Source: Gemmatimonadota bacterium (GTDB lineage: Bacteria; Gemmatimonadota; Gemmatimonadetes; Gemmatimonadales; Gemmatimonadaceae). From it: a DNA stretch of 64,000 nt. Shown one piece after another: positions 29,640 to 39,512 of the stretch; within the stretch, counting starts at the first letter, position 1, and every line of letters begins with the position of its first letter. Position numbers and translations under genes: made by a program. Location: contig JAZJZK010000020.1 in the NCBI GenBank assembly GCA_040389905.1, forward strand, positions 64,001 through 128,000. Direction: 5' to 3'. The notes under the pieces were generated by a model. That model was not told the origin of the DNA and did no database searches. It was given only the letters and a program-made list of their open reading frames with translations.

Positions 29640-31715
29640 CTAGGGCCGCACCGGCGCGGAAGGCTGCTGCCCTTCATCGACGATGTGGGGCGTAATCATG
29701 ATGAGCAGGTCGCGGCGTTGCTCCTGTCTCGTCGTATAGCCGAACAGGCGGCCGATGAGCGGCAGGTCGACCAGTAGCGGAATGCCCGACTTCGTGACAC
29801 GCACGCTGGTCTGCGTCAGCCCGCCGATGACGACGGTCTGGCCGTCCGGCACGAGCAGTGATGTGGTCGCGCTGTTGTTGCCGATCAACGTGCCGTTGTT
29901 GGTGAAGCTCACGTCGGAATTGATCACCTGCACCTGCATCGTGATCTGCCGGTTGTTCGTGACACTCGGCGTGACGCGCAGCGTGACACCAGTCTGAATG
30001 CGCTCGACCGTCACGGGGCCAGTCAGGGATGTCCCTGCGCCGCCGCTGCTGACGAGCGGCACGAAGGGCACCTGGTCGCCAGAGACGAGCTCCGCCTGCA
30101 CGTTGTTCAGCGTCGTGACACTCGGCTCCGATTGCACGTCGAGCAGGTTGACTTCCTGCAAGGCGTCGAGGAAGGTGCTGAAGTCGAAGTTGCCGATGGC
30201 CGTCGAGTAGATGAGCCGAAGGGCAGCACCCGGCACGTTGCCGGACGCGTTTGCGATGGCCGAAACGGTATTACCGCCGAGGAGCACGAGCGGTGGATCG
30301 TTCGCGCTGCCGGGGTTGCCGGCAGAGTCCACACGCTGAATGACCTGACTGAAGAACTGGTTGCGAGCGCCGAGGTCGTACTTGATCCCAAGTGCGTCGA
30401 GATCGGTGCGATTGACCAACACGATCTTGGCCTTGATGTTCACCGCCGCCTGACGAAGGTCGAGCGACGTCGCGATGGCCACGAGATCGTCCACCGCGCT
30501 GATGGGCGCCGTGATCGTGATGCTGTTCGTCGCGTCGTCGAAGCTCACCGATCCGCGACCGCGGCAAACGCCTTGCGCCTGCCCGTCTCCTGTCGACGGA
30601 CGCACCGGCGTTGCGGCCTGCGGTGTGGTCGTGGGCTGCACATTCGGCGTTGTTGGCGTTGCGGCGGGCGGCTGGCCGGCTGGCGGGTTGGCTGCCGACG
30701 CCGCATTGCTCGGATTGGCACTGGCTGCCGGAATGCACTGGAGCAGACGCTGGCGAATCTGGTCCGCCACGCTTTGCGCCTTCTGGTAGTTGAGGCGCAC
30801 GTTCTTCGTCACGAGCTGTTCGGTTTCCGCCCGCGCCGCGATGCGCTCCTGTGTATCGACAATGATGATGCCATTCGCATCCTGCTGCGCGGCGAGCCCC
30901 TGCGCAGCGAGAATCGCCTGCAGCGCAACGTCCCACGGCTGATCCTTGATCTCCGCTTCGACCTTGATCGCGGTGACGTTGTTGCTCGGCAGGATGGTGC
31001 GGCCAGAGAACGCCGCAAACGACGCGATCACGTCGTGGATGTCCGTGCCGGGAAAGATGACGCTGATGCGCGGCTGCTGGGACGGTTGTTGCGACTGTTG
31101 CGCTATCTGGCTCGCCGACTGTGGGTCACCCTGGAACGCCGTACGCACCGGTGCGTCGCTGACCTCACCAGCCGGCGGCGCGGCGGGGCGATTGGCGGCA
31201 CTTCCGGGCCCCGACTTGAGCTCTTTCGCCACACGCGTGTCCGGCTGTGCCTCCTTTTGCTGAGGCGCGGGCGCTGGCGCAGCGCCACCGCCGATGTGCC
31301 ATGCGGCAAACTGGGAGCCGACCGGCACCGTCACCGCCACGCGAACTTCACCATCCGCCTTCGAGACTTGATAGGAGCGCGGCGCATCGAGATACAGCAC
31401 GACGCGAACGGTTCCCTTCTTGAAGTTGGAATACCGCACATCGACGATGCCGCCGCGGGCCACGTGATCGTAGCCGCGTTGACCAAGCTTGAGCGACGCG
31501 CCTGCGAGATCGAGCACGATTCGATCAGGACCGCGGAGCGTGAAATCGGCGACCTCAAAACCGCCGGCGACCCCGATCACGACCTCTGCCTTGCCCGACG
31601 TGGGAATGATGCTGAGGGAGTTGACGGACCCTTCCGCCATACGAGCCGCGGCCGGCCGAGCATTGGGTGCCAGGAGAACAGCCGAAGCGACGATGACCGC
31701 CATGACTGGCTTCAT
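29640..31715 (-). CDS. pilQ: Type IV pilus secretin PilQ
   Basis: Signal peptide, AMIN domain (PDRIVLDL), PWDVAL, secretin C-terminus DGQTVVIGGL...GIPLLVDLPLIGRLF...LLIMITPHI. Confidence 0.93.
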   Translation of the reverse strand: MKPVMAVIVASAVLLAPNARPAAARMAEGSVNSLSIIPTSGKAEVVIGVAGGFEVADFTLRGPDRIVLDLAGASLKLGQRGYDHVARGGIVDVRYSNFKKGTVRVVLYLDAPRSYQVSKADGEVRVAVTVPVGSQFAAWHIGGGAAPAPAPQQKEAQPDTRVAKELKSGPGSAANRPAAPPAGEVSDAPVRTAFQGDPQSASQIAQQSQQPSQQPRISVIFPGTDIHDVIASFAAFSGRTILPSNNVTAIKVEAEIKDQPWDVALQAILAAQGLAAQQDANGIIIVDTQERIAARAETEQLVTKNVRLNYQKAQSVADQIRQRLLQCIPAASANPSNAASAANPPAGQPPAATPTTPNVQPTTTPQAATPVRPSTGDGQAQGVCRGRGSVSFDDATNSITITAPISAVDDLVAIATSLDLRQAAVNIKAKIVLVNRTDLDALGIKYDLGARNQFFSQVIQRVDSAGNPGSANDPPLVLLGGNTVSAIANASGNVPGAALRLIYSTAIGNFDFSTFLDALQEVNLLDVQSEPSVTTLNNVQAELVSGDQVPFVPLVSSGGAGTSLTGPVTVERIQTGVTLRVTPSVTNNRQITMQVQVINSDVSFTNNGTLIGNNSATTSLLVPDGQTVVIGGLTQTSVRVTKSGIPLLVDLPLIGRLFGYTTRQEQRRDLLIMITPHIVDEGQQPSAPVRP

Positions 31716-32353
31716 CTGATCCTCTTTGTTGAATCTGCCATGAACAACGAGTCGAGCCGGTTGAATCCGAACTCGTCAATCGAAAAAATCACGGCGCGCG
31801 GCTTGATCTGGGCCACACGCATTCTGCCAAGGGTACTTCCGACGGTGACGCGATACACCGTGTTGGTCTGGTTGTCGCGCATCGTGCCAACGCTGCGTCT
31901 CCCACTCGGGTCGTAGACGATGCCGACGAGCTTGAGATCCGACAGCAACGGGCGAAGCTCTTCCGTGAGGATGAGCGAGAAGAACGGATCGCGTCGCCCG
32001 TCCTGCTCGTACGCATACACTTCGCGGGTCACCGGCTGCATTCCGGCGGGAAGCGGTGCGGCCGCAGCCCCCGCGGGCTGACCGGCAGACTGCGTACCTT
32101 TCACGGCCGGCTGCGCGGCAGCGGGCCCGGAGGGCTTCGGCGTGGGTGCGGGTGCGGTCGTGCCTTTCCGTTGCGGGATCGCCTGTCCGGTCTGCGCCGC
32201 CAGGCGTGCGTTCGTTGAATCGGCCGCCTTCATCGCCGCGCGTTTGGGCGCGTTGATGTCCGGAATGCTCTGCGCGGCCACCCCGCGCGCCGCTGGCACG
32301 CAGGCGACGGCAGCGACCATCGCGTACCGGCGAATCGTGGACGCGGCGCTCAC
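31712..32353 (-). CDS. pilP: Type IV pilus assembly protein PilP-like
   Basis: YEQDGRRDPF, LKLVGIVY; position between pilO and pilQ. Confidence 0.75.
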   Translation of the reverse strand: MSAASTIRRYAMVAAVACVPAARGVAAQSIPDINAPKRAAMKAADSTNARLAAQTGQAIPQRKGTTAPAPTPKPSGPAAAQPAVKGTQSAGQPAGAAAAPLPAGMQPVTREVYAYEQDGRRDPFFSLILTEELRPLLSDLKLVGIVYDPSGRRSVGTMRDNQTNTVYRVTVGSTLGRMRVAQIKPRAVIFSIDEFGFNRLDSLFMADSTKRIR

Positions 32354-32994
32354 TCTTTCTCTCCCGGCTTCGGCTTCTCGGCGGTCGGAGCGACCTTCGC
32401 CGCTGGACTCGCCGGCAAGGCACGCGAGACATACGTCTGGATCTCGAAGCGTGCCTCGAGGAGTTGCGACTTTTCCTTTTTCGGCAACTTGGGATCCGGA
32501 GCCAACGGCGTGAGCGTCACGTTGATCGGCGCCACGATGCGCTGGAGCGAGCCGATGTTCGTGAGCAGCAGCGCGACCTTGTGATACTCGCCACGGAGGC
32601 TGAGGCGATACTTGTACGCGTCGTATTGATCGCCGGTGAGTTGCGGAAGCGGTTGTACATCACTGATTTCGAGTCCCACGCGCCGAGCCGCCGTCGACAC
32701 CTGATCGAGGAGTGCGGGTACTTCGTTGCTGGTGGGCACGAGCAAGCGCATCACATCGAGATCCTTGGCGTATTGCGCGGCTTCCGCCTTGAGCTCTGCG
32801 GTCTTGCCCTGCGCCAGTTCGGCCTTTGCGCGCTGATTGATCACGAGCAGCGAATCGAGCCGCACCTGACTCTCGTTCAACTCCTTGTTCGCCGGATCCC
32901 ACACATACATGTAGTAGACGACCGCCAGCACAACGGCCAGGACGCCCATGACGGCGAACTTCTGGTCGCGCGGATTCGAGGGAAGAAGCGCCAT
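32350..32994 (-). CDS. pilO: Type IV pilus assembly protein PilO
   Basis: N-terminal TM, coiled coil, LVPTSNEVPALL, GEYH, LQRIV. Confidence 0.9.
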   Translation of the reverse strand: MALLPSNPRDQKFAVMGVLAVVLAVVYYMYVWDPANKELNESQVRLDSLLVINQRAKAELAQGKTAELKAEAAQYAKDLDVMRLLVPTSNEVPALLDQVSTAARRVGLEISDVQPLPQLTGDQYDAYKYRLSLRGEYHKVALLLTNIGSLQRIVAPINVTLTPLAPDPKLPKKEKSQLLEARFEIQTYVSRALPASPAAKVAPTAEKPKPGEKE

Positions 32995-32995
32995 A

Positions 32996-33754
32996 CTATT
33001 TCACCACCGACACGGCGAGCGGCACCCGTTTGACCATCTCGGGCTCCGGACGCGTATACGTCATGTCGAGCTGGAACTGGGTAACTTCCTTCGTGTTGTC
33101 GGTTGACCGCTCCGACTTGACCAGCTGCACCTGCTCGAGAAACGGCGACGCTTCGAGCTGCCGGTAGAATCGCGTCAGCGCCTGCATGTCGACCGTGTTC
33201 CCGATCACGCGGATGTGCACCGTATCCTTTGCGACGATGGTGCCGAGGGGCTTCCGCTTCTTGCGCCCGCCGGCCGTGCTGTCGGGAGCCGGCGGCGCCA
33301 GCGTTGCCACAGGCGCTTGTGCCTGCGTCGTGCCCGCGATCCCGAGCGACACGATCCATGTGTACGGCGGCAGCGCGCGGCTGACTTCGTCGAGCACGTG
33401 CGGCCAGATGTACCGGTCGTCGTCGATCGCGCGGATGAGATTGAGCGACCGAAGCACCGTGTCGCGCTTCGCCTCGGCCTTGTCGTGCTCCTTGAGCACC
33501 GACGCATAGCGCGTGGAGTCCTGGACGGCCTTCTCCAGCGCTTCGGTCACCTTCGTCTCGCGGCTCGACTGCATGAAGTAGACGCCGGCCACGCCCGCGA
33601 CAACGAGGATCGTCACGGCAGACGAACCGATGAGCCATGGCTCGCGGATGCGCTCGCGCACGGCTGCAACGGACGCAGCGAAGTCGAACTTCGCGGCACC
33701 GCCCCCACGTTTGGTCTTCCGGCGCGCGCCAGGAAGCAGATTGATTTCGATCAT
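32996..33754 (-). CDS. pilN: Type IV pilus assembly protein PilN
   Basis: MIEINLLP start, single TM, WPHVLDEVSRALPPYTW. Confidence 0.9.
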   Translation of the reverse strand: MIEINLLPGARRKTKRGGGAAKFDFAASVAAVRERIREPWLIGSSAVTILVVAGVAGVYFMQSSRETKVTEALEKAVQDSTRYASVLKEHDKAEAKRDTVLRSLNLIRAIDDDRYIWPHVLDEVSRALPPYTWIVSLGIAGTTQAQAPVATLAPPAPDSTAGGRKKRKPLGTIVAKDTVHIRVIGNTVDMQALTRFYRQLEASPFLEQVQLVKSERSTDNTKEVTQFQLDMTYTRPEPEMVKRVPLAVSVVK

Positions 33755-33767
33755 TGCGCGGTCTCTC

Positions 33768-34814
33768 TCACGCGACCTGGCGGAGTGCCAACCCGATGGG
33801 AAGCATCAGGAGGGGCGCGACTTCATCGGTGACGAGGTTGTCGAGCGCACCCGCCCGCACCTTGAGATTCACGAGCGGATTGGCCTGTTGGACTGACAGC
33901 CGCAGACGGTCGGCCAGCACGTCGGTGAGGCCGGGAATGCGCGATCCGCCCCCACAGGTATAGATGGCGCGCACTTGTCCGCCCGTTCGCGACGATGACG
34001 CAAGGAAGGCCGCCGCGCGCTCGATCCCCACGGCGATCTCCTCCCCTCGGCCTTCGAGGACGACGTCGAGGTGCTCGGACCGATCGTAACCCTGAATGAG
34101 GTGCTGCGCCTCGTCTGCCGACAGCCCGCGCTCACGCTGCAGATCCTCACGAAAGCGCCGAGTTCCCACCGTGATGTCACGGGTGAGGATCGGGACACCC
34201 TCGTCGAGGATGTTGATGTTGGTGACCTCGTGGCCAATGTTCACGAGCGCCACGACACCTTGCATTGCGTCGGGATAGTTCAACTCGAACGCATTGTGCA
34301 GGGCAAACGCGTCCACATCGACCAGCGTGGGGTCGAGCCCCGCGTCCGTGAGGATGCGGATCTTGGACTCGATCAGCTCACGCTTGGCCGCGACGAGCAA
34401 CACGCTCATCTCCACGCCGCTCGCGTCGGGGTCGAGGATCTGGAAGTCCAGTTCCACCGACTCCATGTCGAAGGGCACATGCTGCTCCGCCTCCCAGCGC
34501 ATGAGCTCCCGCGCCTGCTGTTCCTTGACGCGCTCGATCTGGATCTTCTTGATGATCACGTCGCGCCCGCCGACCGCGGTCACCACTTGGGTGCCCTTCA
34601 CGTCAGCGGCAGACAAGGCACCCTGGATCGCTTCCGCGACGATGCCCGGATCCATGATCTCGCCCTCGACAATCGCGTCGGCGAGCAGGGGGACGACAGC
34701 GACCCGGACCAACTCGGGCTCGCCGCGAGAGTGGTCGATCACCGCCACCTTGATCAGCCCCGAACCGATGTCCAGGCCAACCGTAGACTTCTTGTTGCGA
34801 CCGAACAATGCCAT
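33768..34814 (-). CDS. pilM: Type IV pilus assembly protein PilM
   Basis: VGLDIGSGLIK, EAEQHVPF, LLVAAK, VDVDAFAL, CGGGS, IGLALR. Confidence 0.95.
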   Translation of the reverse strand: MALFGRNKKSTVGLDIGSGLIKVAVIDHSRGEPELVRVAVVPLLADAIVEGEIMDPGIVAEAIQGALSAADVKGTQVVTAVGGRDVIIKKIQIERVKEQQARELMRWEAEQHVPFDMESVELDFQILDPDASGVEMSVLLVAAKRELIESKIRILTDAGLDPTLVDVDAFALHNAFELNYPDAMQGVVALVNIGHEVTNINILDEGVPILTRDITVGTRRFREDLQRERGLSADEAQHLIQGYDRSEHLDVVLEGRGEEIAVGIERAAAFLASSSRTGGQVRAIYTCGGGSRIPGLTDVLADRLRLSVQQANPLVNLKVRAGALDNLVTDEVAPLLMLPIGLALRQVA

Positions 34815-34903
34815 TGGGAAGTTCGGAGGGAGTGCGGACCGCCGGTTGACCAAAACAAATGGCCGGCGAGCCAGAAGGGACTGGTGATCGTAGGGCGAAT
34901 GCG

Positions 34904-34932
34904 AAGATGAGTCGCCTTCGAACACTTGTCAA
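34904..34932 (-). promoter_or_regulatory. Putative sigma-70 promoter of pilMNOPQ
   Basis: Minus strand TTGACA-17 nt-CATCTT about 90 nt upstream of pilM; the -10 match is weak. Confidence 0.45.
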
Positions 34933-35152
34933 TAGACTTTAAGCGAGGACACCTAACAAACTGTCCTTGCTTGCACTTACATGCGCTTCGACCATCTACT
35001 CAACCCTGGTCAATCGGGCAATGTGGCCGAGCGTCCGGTCACTCCTACCGATCACACGACCGGACCTGTCGGATGGTAACATCCGGGCACTACAGGCCGT
35101 GTGATTGGGGTCACCAGACCCCGAAACGCAACGAAACAGATGACGTCCGACA

Positions 35153-35626
35153 TCAGTAGATATCGGCAATGCCCCACTGTGGAATCAGCGTGGGGAGGAG
35201 GATTGCGGATATGCTGTCGGTCGAAAGGGGTTGATCGAGAAGGGCCAAGCGTCGCCGGCGGGCGACGACAGCATCTTCCGGGCCGATGCGGCAGTCCACG
35301 GCGACGACGAAGCGCATTGAGGACAACCGGTGAAGCCGCACCGTCGTCGTCGCGGTCGCTCCGTTCGGGTCGGCGCTTCGCGGTCCAACATCCCATCGGC
35401 GATCGCCGCCGATCGGGAGCGAGTCGCGATCCGGCCAGCCCGTCGCGATGACGTCGCTGAGAACGCGCATGGATTCCGCTTCCGCGAGCATGCCCCAGTT
35501 GAACGAATTCGACGATCGGGCGGCGCGCCGGCTGGCGGCGGAGGATCCCGTCAGGAGGGCGGCGCCGAGTGTGAGGATGGCGATCGCGATGACGAGGGCG
35601 CCCCCGTGACGTTGCTGACGCGTCAT
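35153..35626 (-). CDS. PilX-like minor pilin
   Basis: MTRQQRHG|GALVIAIAILTLG class III-like leader lacking E5, as in PilX; third gene of the minor pilin run. Confidence 0.7.
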   Translation of the reverse strand: MTRQQRHGGALVIAIAILTLGAALLTGSSAASRRAARSSNSFNWGMLAEAESMRVLSDVIATGWPDRDSLPIGGDRRWDVGPRSADPNGATATTTVRLHRLSSMRFVVAVDCRIGPEDAVVARRRRLALLDQPLSTDSISAILLPTLIPQWGIADIY

Positions 35627-36480
35627 GGCGCTCTGCGGCGGATGGGGATGTCGGTTGAGTCGCTCCGTGTGCTGTCCTGCGACTGAGAGCGCATGGGTGC
35701 GGCAGCGATCGCCGTAACGCGGATGCGTGCGATGCGGTCGGCGTCCGCCGGGACGTGCGTGGGATCGAGCCTCGAACCGGCGGCATCGAGATAGGTGAAG
35801 CCAGAGCGGCGGGTGCCCGCGCGGAGGAGCAGCGGTCCGGCAACGGGCTGGGGAGAGGTGAAGGCGCCGGACGCGGTGTTCCATTCGCGGAATCCGAGTT
35901 GCCAGCTTCCGTCGCCGGACTTGTACAGGGCGTATCTCGTCTGTCTCGTGACGCGAATTGGCGCGCCACCCGGGATGGTGTCCGGTGCCGAAATTCCGAT
36001 CCGCGTGGACGCGCCGGTGGCGGAGATGGGTGTCGTACACCGCGCCTCCACATCGGCCAACGACGTGATCTCTCGGCCCGTCCATGCGGAGTCTCCGAGC
36101 CACCAGAGTGTATCTCCCGTCCGAATGGGGGAGGTGTAGCCGGAGAGGGAGATCGTGCTCGACTCGTCTGGTGTGAGCGTGGTAGAGCCCACGTTTGTTG
36201 TGCAGGCGAAGGAGATCGCGACGGGCGCGCGCACCTGAAGCGCGGTATCGCTGGCCGCTGAGGGGAGCAAGTCGCCGGCGGTGAGGTCGAGCATGGCGAG
36301 CTGGCTGGCCAGAACGCTCGTGGTGATCCCGGTTTGCGCATCGGCGGAGGAGACCGAACCGATTCGTGCGTGCGTTTGCTGCTGTCTGAGGAGACTTGCC
36401 GTCGCGGTCCCGAGCACCACGCTGGCCAGCGAAATCGCGACAACGAGCTCGATGAGTGTGGCGCCGCGGCGACTCAGCAT
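35623..36480 (-). CDS. PilW-like minor pilin
   Basis: MLSRRG|ATLIELVVAI prepilin motif. Confidence 0.82.
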   Translation of the reverse strand: MLSRRGATLIELVVAISLASVVLGTATASLLRQQQTHARIGSVSSADAQTGITTSVLASQLAMLDLTAGDLLPSAASDTALQVRAPVAISFACTTNVGSTTLTPDESSTISLSGYTSPIRTGDTLWWLGDSAWTGREITSLADVEARCTTPISATGASTRIGISAPDTIPGGAPIRVTRQTRYALYKSGDGSWQLGFREWNTASGAFTSPQPVAGPLLLRAGTRRSGFTYLDAAGSRLDPTHVPADADRIARIRVTAIAAAPMRSQSQDSTRSDSTDIPIRRRAP

Positions 36481-36830
36481 GGGATCGCCGTGGAGATAGC
36501 GACGGTCTTCTGGCCGCGTGCGCTCATCCAGACGATGGTGTCGGTTACGGTTGCAAAACCGCCCTTGCTTGGACCCACACTCCATTTTTCGGTCAACGCA
36601 TGTTGTGGATCAGAAAGGGCTCCGCCGCGCGCCGCGGCGCATCCCGAAGCGGCAAGGCTCGCGATGCGAATGGCGGAGCGCTGGGTGGCTTCGCGCCGGC
36701 GGGCGGCGTCGAGCGTGGTCCTCAGTGCGAGGGCGGAACTGCCGGCCATGCCGAGTAGGCCGACGCACACGAGGATGAGGGCGACGAGGACCTCGACGAC
36801 GGTGAGGCCAGACCGGGAGTGAGTTCGCAT
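36474..36830 (-). CDS. PilV-like minor pilin
   Basis: MRTHSRSG|LTVVEVLVALILVCVGLLGMA prepilin motif. Confidence 0.82.
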   Translation of the reverse strand: MRTHSRSGLTVVEVLVALILVCVGLLGMAGSSALALRTTLDAARRREATQRSAIRIASLAASGCAAARGGALSDPQHALTEKWSVGPSKGGFATVTDTIVWMSARGQKTVAISTAIPC

Positions 36831-36913
36831 GGCCGGAGCATATTCCGACTGCGTGGCAAGCGCGTCACCGTTTTCATGCACGCGAGTACCAAAGCAGCGC
36901 ATGACGCCGGACA

Positions 36914-37110
36914 TCAGCTTTTGTCAGGTGCTCAGTGGCCAGCCACAGCTTTCAGAACGTCAGGGGGTGCGGCACTCTGGTGGCGCTTCTCCCGACGACG
37001 GCTCCACGGGTGCAAGCCCCTCGCTTCGCTCTGGGCGACAAAACACGCGAACGCCACACCCCCTGAAAATCTGTAGGCCGTGGCTGATCACTGGGCACCT
37101 GTCACATCTG
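36914..37110. repeat. Palindromic element E1 (about 50-60-nt inverted arms) with an R1 unit in its loop
   Basis: tcagcttttgtcaggtgctcagtggccagcc...cagggggtg / caccccctg...ggctgatcactgggcacctgtcacatctg; homologous to 39513-39654. Confidence 0.85.
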
Positions 37111-37131
37111 CGTCCCGTGCGACGACTCTCT

Positions 37132-38766
37132 TTAGTGCGGCGCTGCTAAAGCCACGTTGATATCTCGGATTGCCGCCCGCAGCAGCTTGATGTCTTGTGG
37201 CGGCGCATGTGAGAGCCCCGTGAACGCCTCGCGCTTCGCGTCTTTCCACCGTCCAAGCCTCGCCAGGCAGTACACGTATTCGTACCGCCCGTTGCCTGCT
37301 TCGGGATCGACGTTGAACGTCCACTCGAACAGCGTGACCGCCTGTGCACACATGCCGGCCCGCGTGTACGCGTCGGCGACGCCGAGGTTCATGCCGGCGT
37401 CATAGGGGAAAATCCGGATGGCGTGCCGGTACTCCACCTCCATCTCCGCGAAGCGCGACAGGCGCTGGAGTTCGAGCGCGTGCAGGTAGTGTGCGCGATA
37501 CCCGTTCGCCGCGTCGCGCATGAGCGCCGCGAAAAAGCGCTCGTTGTTCTTCCAGACGCGCATGCGGTCGATGCTTCGTGCCAGCGCCGCGCAGAGGACG
37601 ACGCCCAGTGCGAGTGCCGCGATGCGGCGCTGTCCCGCACCTATCGTTTCGCTCACATACACCGCGATCGCCCCGGCCAGCAAGACCACCCCCACACTCG
37701 GCAGGAAGAGGGTGCGTTCCGCCGTGATGAAGCCCGCCGGCACGAGGAGGTTGCTCACCGGGAGAAACGCGATCATCAGCCACCACAGCCCGAAACTCAC
37801 AACCGGTGCCCTTCGTCGCAGCGACACGGCGAGGACAATGGCTCCAGCGCAGATGACGAGTCCCGGGAGTTGCGCGGGGGAAAAGCCTCTGGCTGCCGAG
37901 ACATCTGTTGGTGAGTAGTCCGCGCTCAGCTTTGTCGGGAACACCAGCAGTTGGCCGATTCGTGGGACTTCCGTCATCATCGTTCCGATGCGGTCCCACG
38001 CGTTCAAGTGCAGAAACTTGAAGACACCGTACGGCTGAATTCCGGTGATGTCCTCCTGGACGAGGCCGCGCGCGAGCAGGTACACAACAGCAACAAGCGA
38101 CAGGGCCAGGACGAGTGGCCGAGCTGCTCGAATCGACTGTCGCCATCCCTGCCCTTCCACCACGAGCAGGTCGGCGGCAACGATCAGCGCGGGGAGCACG
38201 ATGGCATGTTCCTTCGAGAGCAAGGCGACCGCGAACAGCGCGGCGACCGCGATGATCAGCGCTGCGCGCAGCGTGCCCTGGCGTCGTGCTCGTATGTACA
38301 ATCCCATTGCCAATGCGACGCACAGTGCCACGATCAGCTCGGATTGCCCGACGATGTTGCCTGTGACTTCGACGTGCACTGGGTGCACGGCGAAGAACGC
38401 GCCCGCGACCCATGCGCCGAGCGGGGGAAGGATGGCCAATGCGCACCAGTACACGGCGAGCGCGGTGGCTATGGCGAGGAGGATATTGATGGCGTGGAAC
38501 ACCCAGGGCGCGCCGTGGCCGGCCGCCCATTGCAGCGTGAAGAGCGACATCACAAAGGGGCGATAGCCGTCCCCGCCGAAGCGGGCGGGCCAGTACGTCT
38601 CCGCGAACAGACGCGGCAGGTGCGCGAGCGAGTGCACGCGCTCGTTCTCGAGGATGACGCCGCGATCGTCGAAGGTGAAGTCGTGGCCGATGCTGGTGGC
38701 CGTCGCGATGAGGGCCAGGGCGGCGATGGTTGCCGCGGGGATGATCCTGCGCCAGCTCGTGGTCAT
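37132..38766 (-). CDS. TMTC/DUF1736-like GT-C glycosyltransferase with C-terminal TPR-like helices, copy 1
   Basis: FTFDD, GYRP, AVHPVHVEV, SKEHAI, FPTKLSADYS, AERTLFLPS, VWKN motifs; multiple TM segments. Confidence 0.8.
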   Translation of the reverse strand: MTTSWRRIIPAATIAALALIATATSIGHDFTFDDRGVILENERVHSLAHLPRLFAETYWPARFGGDGYRPFVMSLFTLQWAAGHGAPWVFHAINILLAIATALAVYWCALAILPPLGAWVAGAFFAVHPVHVEVTGNIVGQSELIVALCVALAMGLYIRARRQGTLRAALIIAVAALFAVALLSKEHAIVLPALIVAADLLVVEGQGWRQSIRAARPLVLALSLVAVVYLLARGLVQEDITGIQPYGVFKFLHLNAWDRIGTMMTEVPRIGQLLVFPTKLSADYSPTDVSAARGFSPAQLPGLVICAGAIVLAVSLRRRAPVVSFGLWWLMIAFLPVSNLLVPAGFITAERTLFLPSVGVVLLAGAIAVYVSETIGAGQRRIAALALGVVLCAALARSIDRMRVWKNNERFFAALMRDAANGYRAHYLHALELQRLSRFAEMEVEYRHAIRIFPYDAGMNLGVADAYTRAGMCAQAVTLFEWTFNVDPEAGNGRYEYVYCLARLGRWKDAKREAFTGLSHAPPQDIKLLRAAIRDINVALAAPH

Positions 38767-38800
38767 CCGTGACGCGTGAAGTTGAGTGGGCGGAAACGAA

Positions 38801-38830
38801 GAGCGGCGCGCCGAAACCGGCGCGCCGCTC
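38801..38830 (-). terminator. Intrinsic terminator downstream of pilA
   Basis: 13-bp perfect stem gagcggcgcgccg/cggcgcgccgctc with 4-nt loop, followed by ttcgttt on the minus strand. Confidence 0.75.
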
Positions 38831-38850
38831 TCAGTTAACCTGTGCAGCGG

Positions 38851-39240
38851 TTACTTACAAGCCGGCTCGCCATCGCCAGCGGTGCTGACGATCGGGTTCG
38901 CGGTGTTGACGCCGATGCCGCAGGAGAACGACGCGATCTGCGTGTGCGTGATCGTGGCAGACCAGTAGCCCGAGCCCGGGACGATCGTCGGGGTGTTCAC
39001 GCCCGTGGAGGGCTTGAACTTGAGCTTCGTGGTGTCGTAGGTCACGTACTTGGTCGAATCAGCGAAGAAGGACTCTTCGGCGGTGACCAGGTTACGGAGA
39101 TCCGACTTCATCGCGGCGATGTAGGCCTTCGACTTCGTGTTCGCGAACTTCGGGATCGCGATCGCGGCGAGAATGCCGATAATCACGACGACGATCAGCA
39201 GCTCGATCAGGGTAAAGCCACGGCGTGAGCGGTTCATCAT
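38851..39240 (-). CDS. pilA: Type IVa major pilin
   Basis: RRG|FTLIELLIVVVIIGILAAIAIP, C-terminal Cys pair; own sigma-54 promoter and terminator. Confidence 0.92.
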   Translation of the reverse strand: MMNRSRRGFTLIELLIVVVIIGILAAIAIPKFANTKSKAYIAAMKSDLRNLVTAEESFFADSTKYVTYDTTKLKFKPSTGVNTPTIVPGSGYWSATITHTQIASFSCGIGVNTANPIVSTAGDGEPACK

Positions 39241-39331
39241 GTGCAGGTTCCTCGGGGTGGTGCAGCGGGGGGACGAACGCGACGGTTCGTCGGGCGGGGT
39301 GCCGGCGACGGGTGCCGGCGACTGATGCTAG

Positions 39332-39347
39332 AGCAACCTGCGGACCA
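39332..39347 (-). promoter_or_regulatory. Sigma-54 (-24/-12) promoter of pilA
   Basis: Minus strand TGGTCCGCAGGTTGCT has correct GG-N10-GC spacing; an AT-rich tract with IHF-like TCTCAACACGTTG lies just upstream; pilR is in the locus. Confidence 0.75.
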
Positions 39348-39512
39348 TTCGTTTGGCTGACTGTAAGTGTATATCGTACAACGTGTTGAGAATTCTTTAA
39401 GGGGTGGTATACCGGGCTGTTTGTGCTGGATTTTGCGGAATACATAGCAGTTTGCGGCACTGCGCCTCGGGCCGGGACTGGTGGTTCCGAGCAGTGCATT
39501 GGTCCACCGGCC

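Noticed and set aside
35030..35125. Cluster of small hairpins between the PilX-like gene and pilM as a possible c-di-GMP riboswitch
   Set aside because: No riboswitch consensus recognised, stems are short, and it lies upstream of the putative pilM promoter
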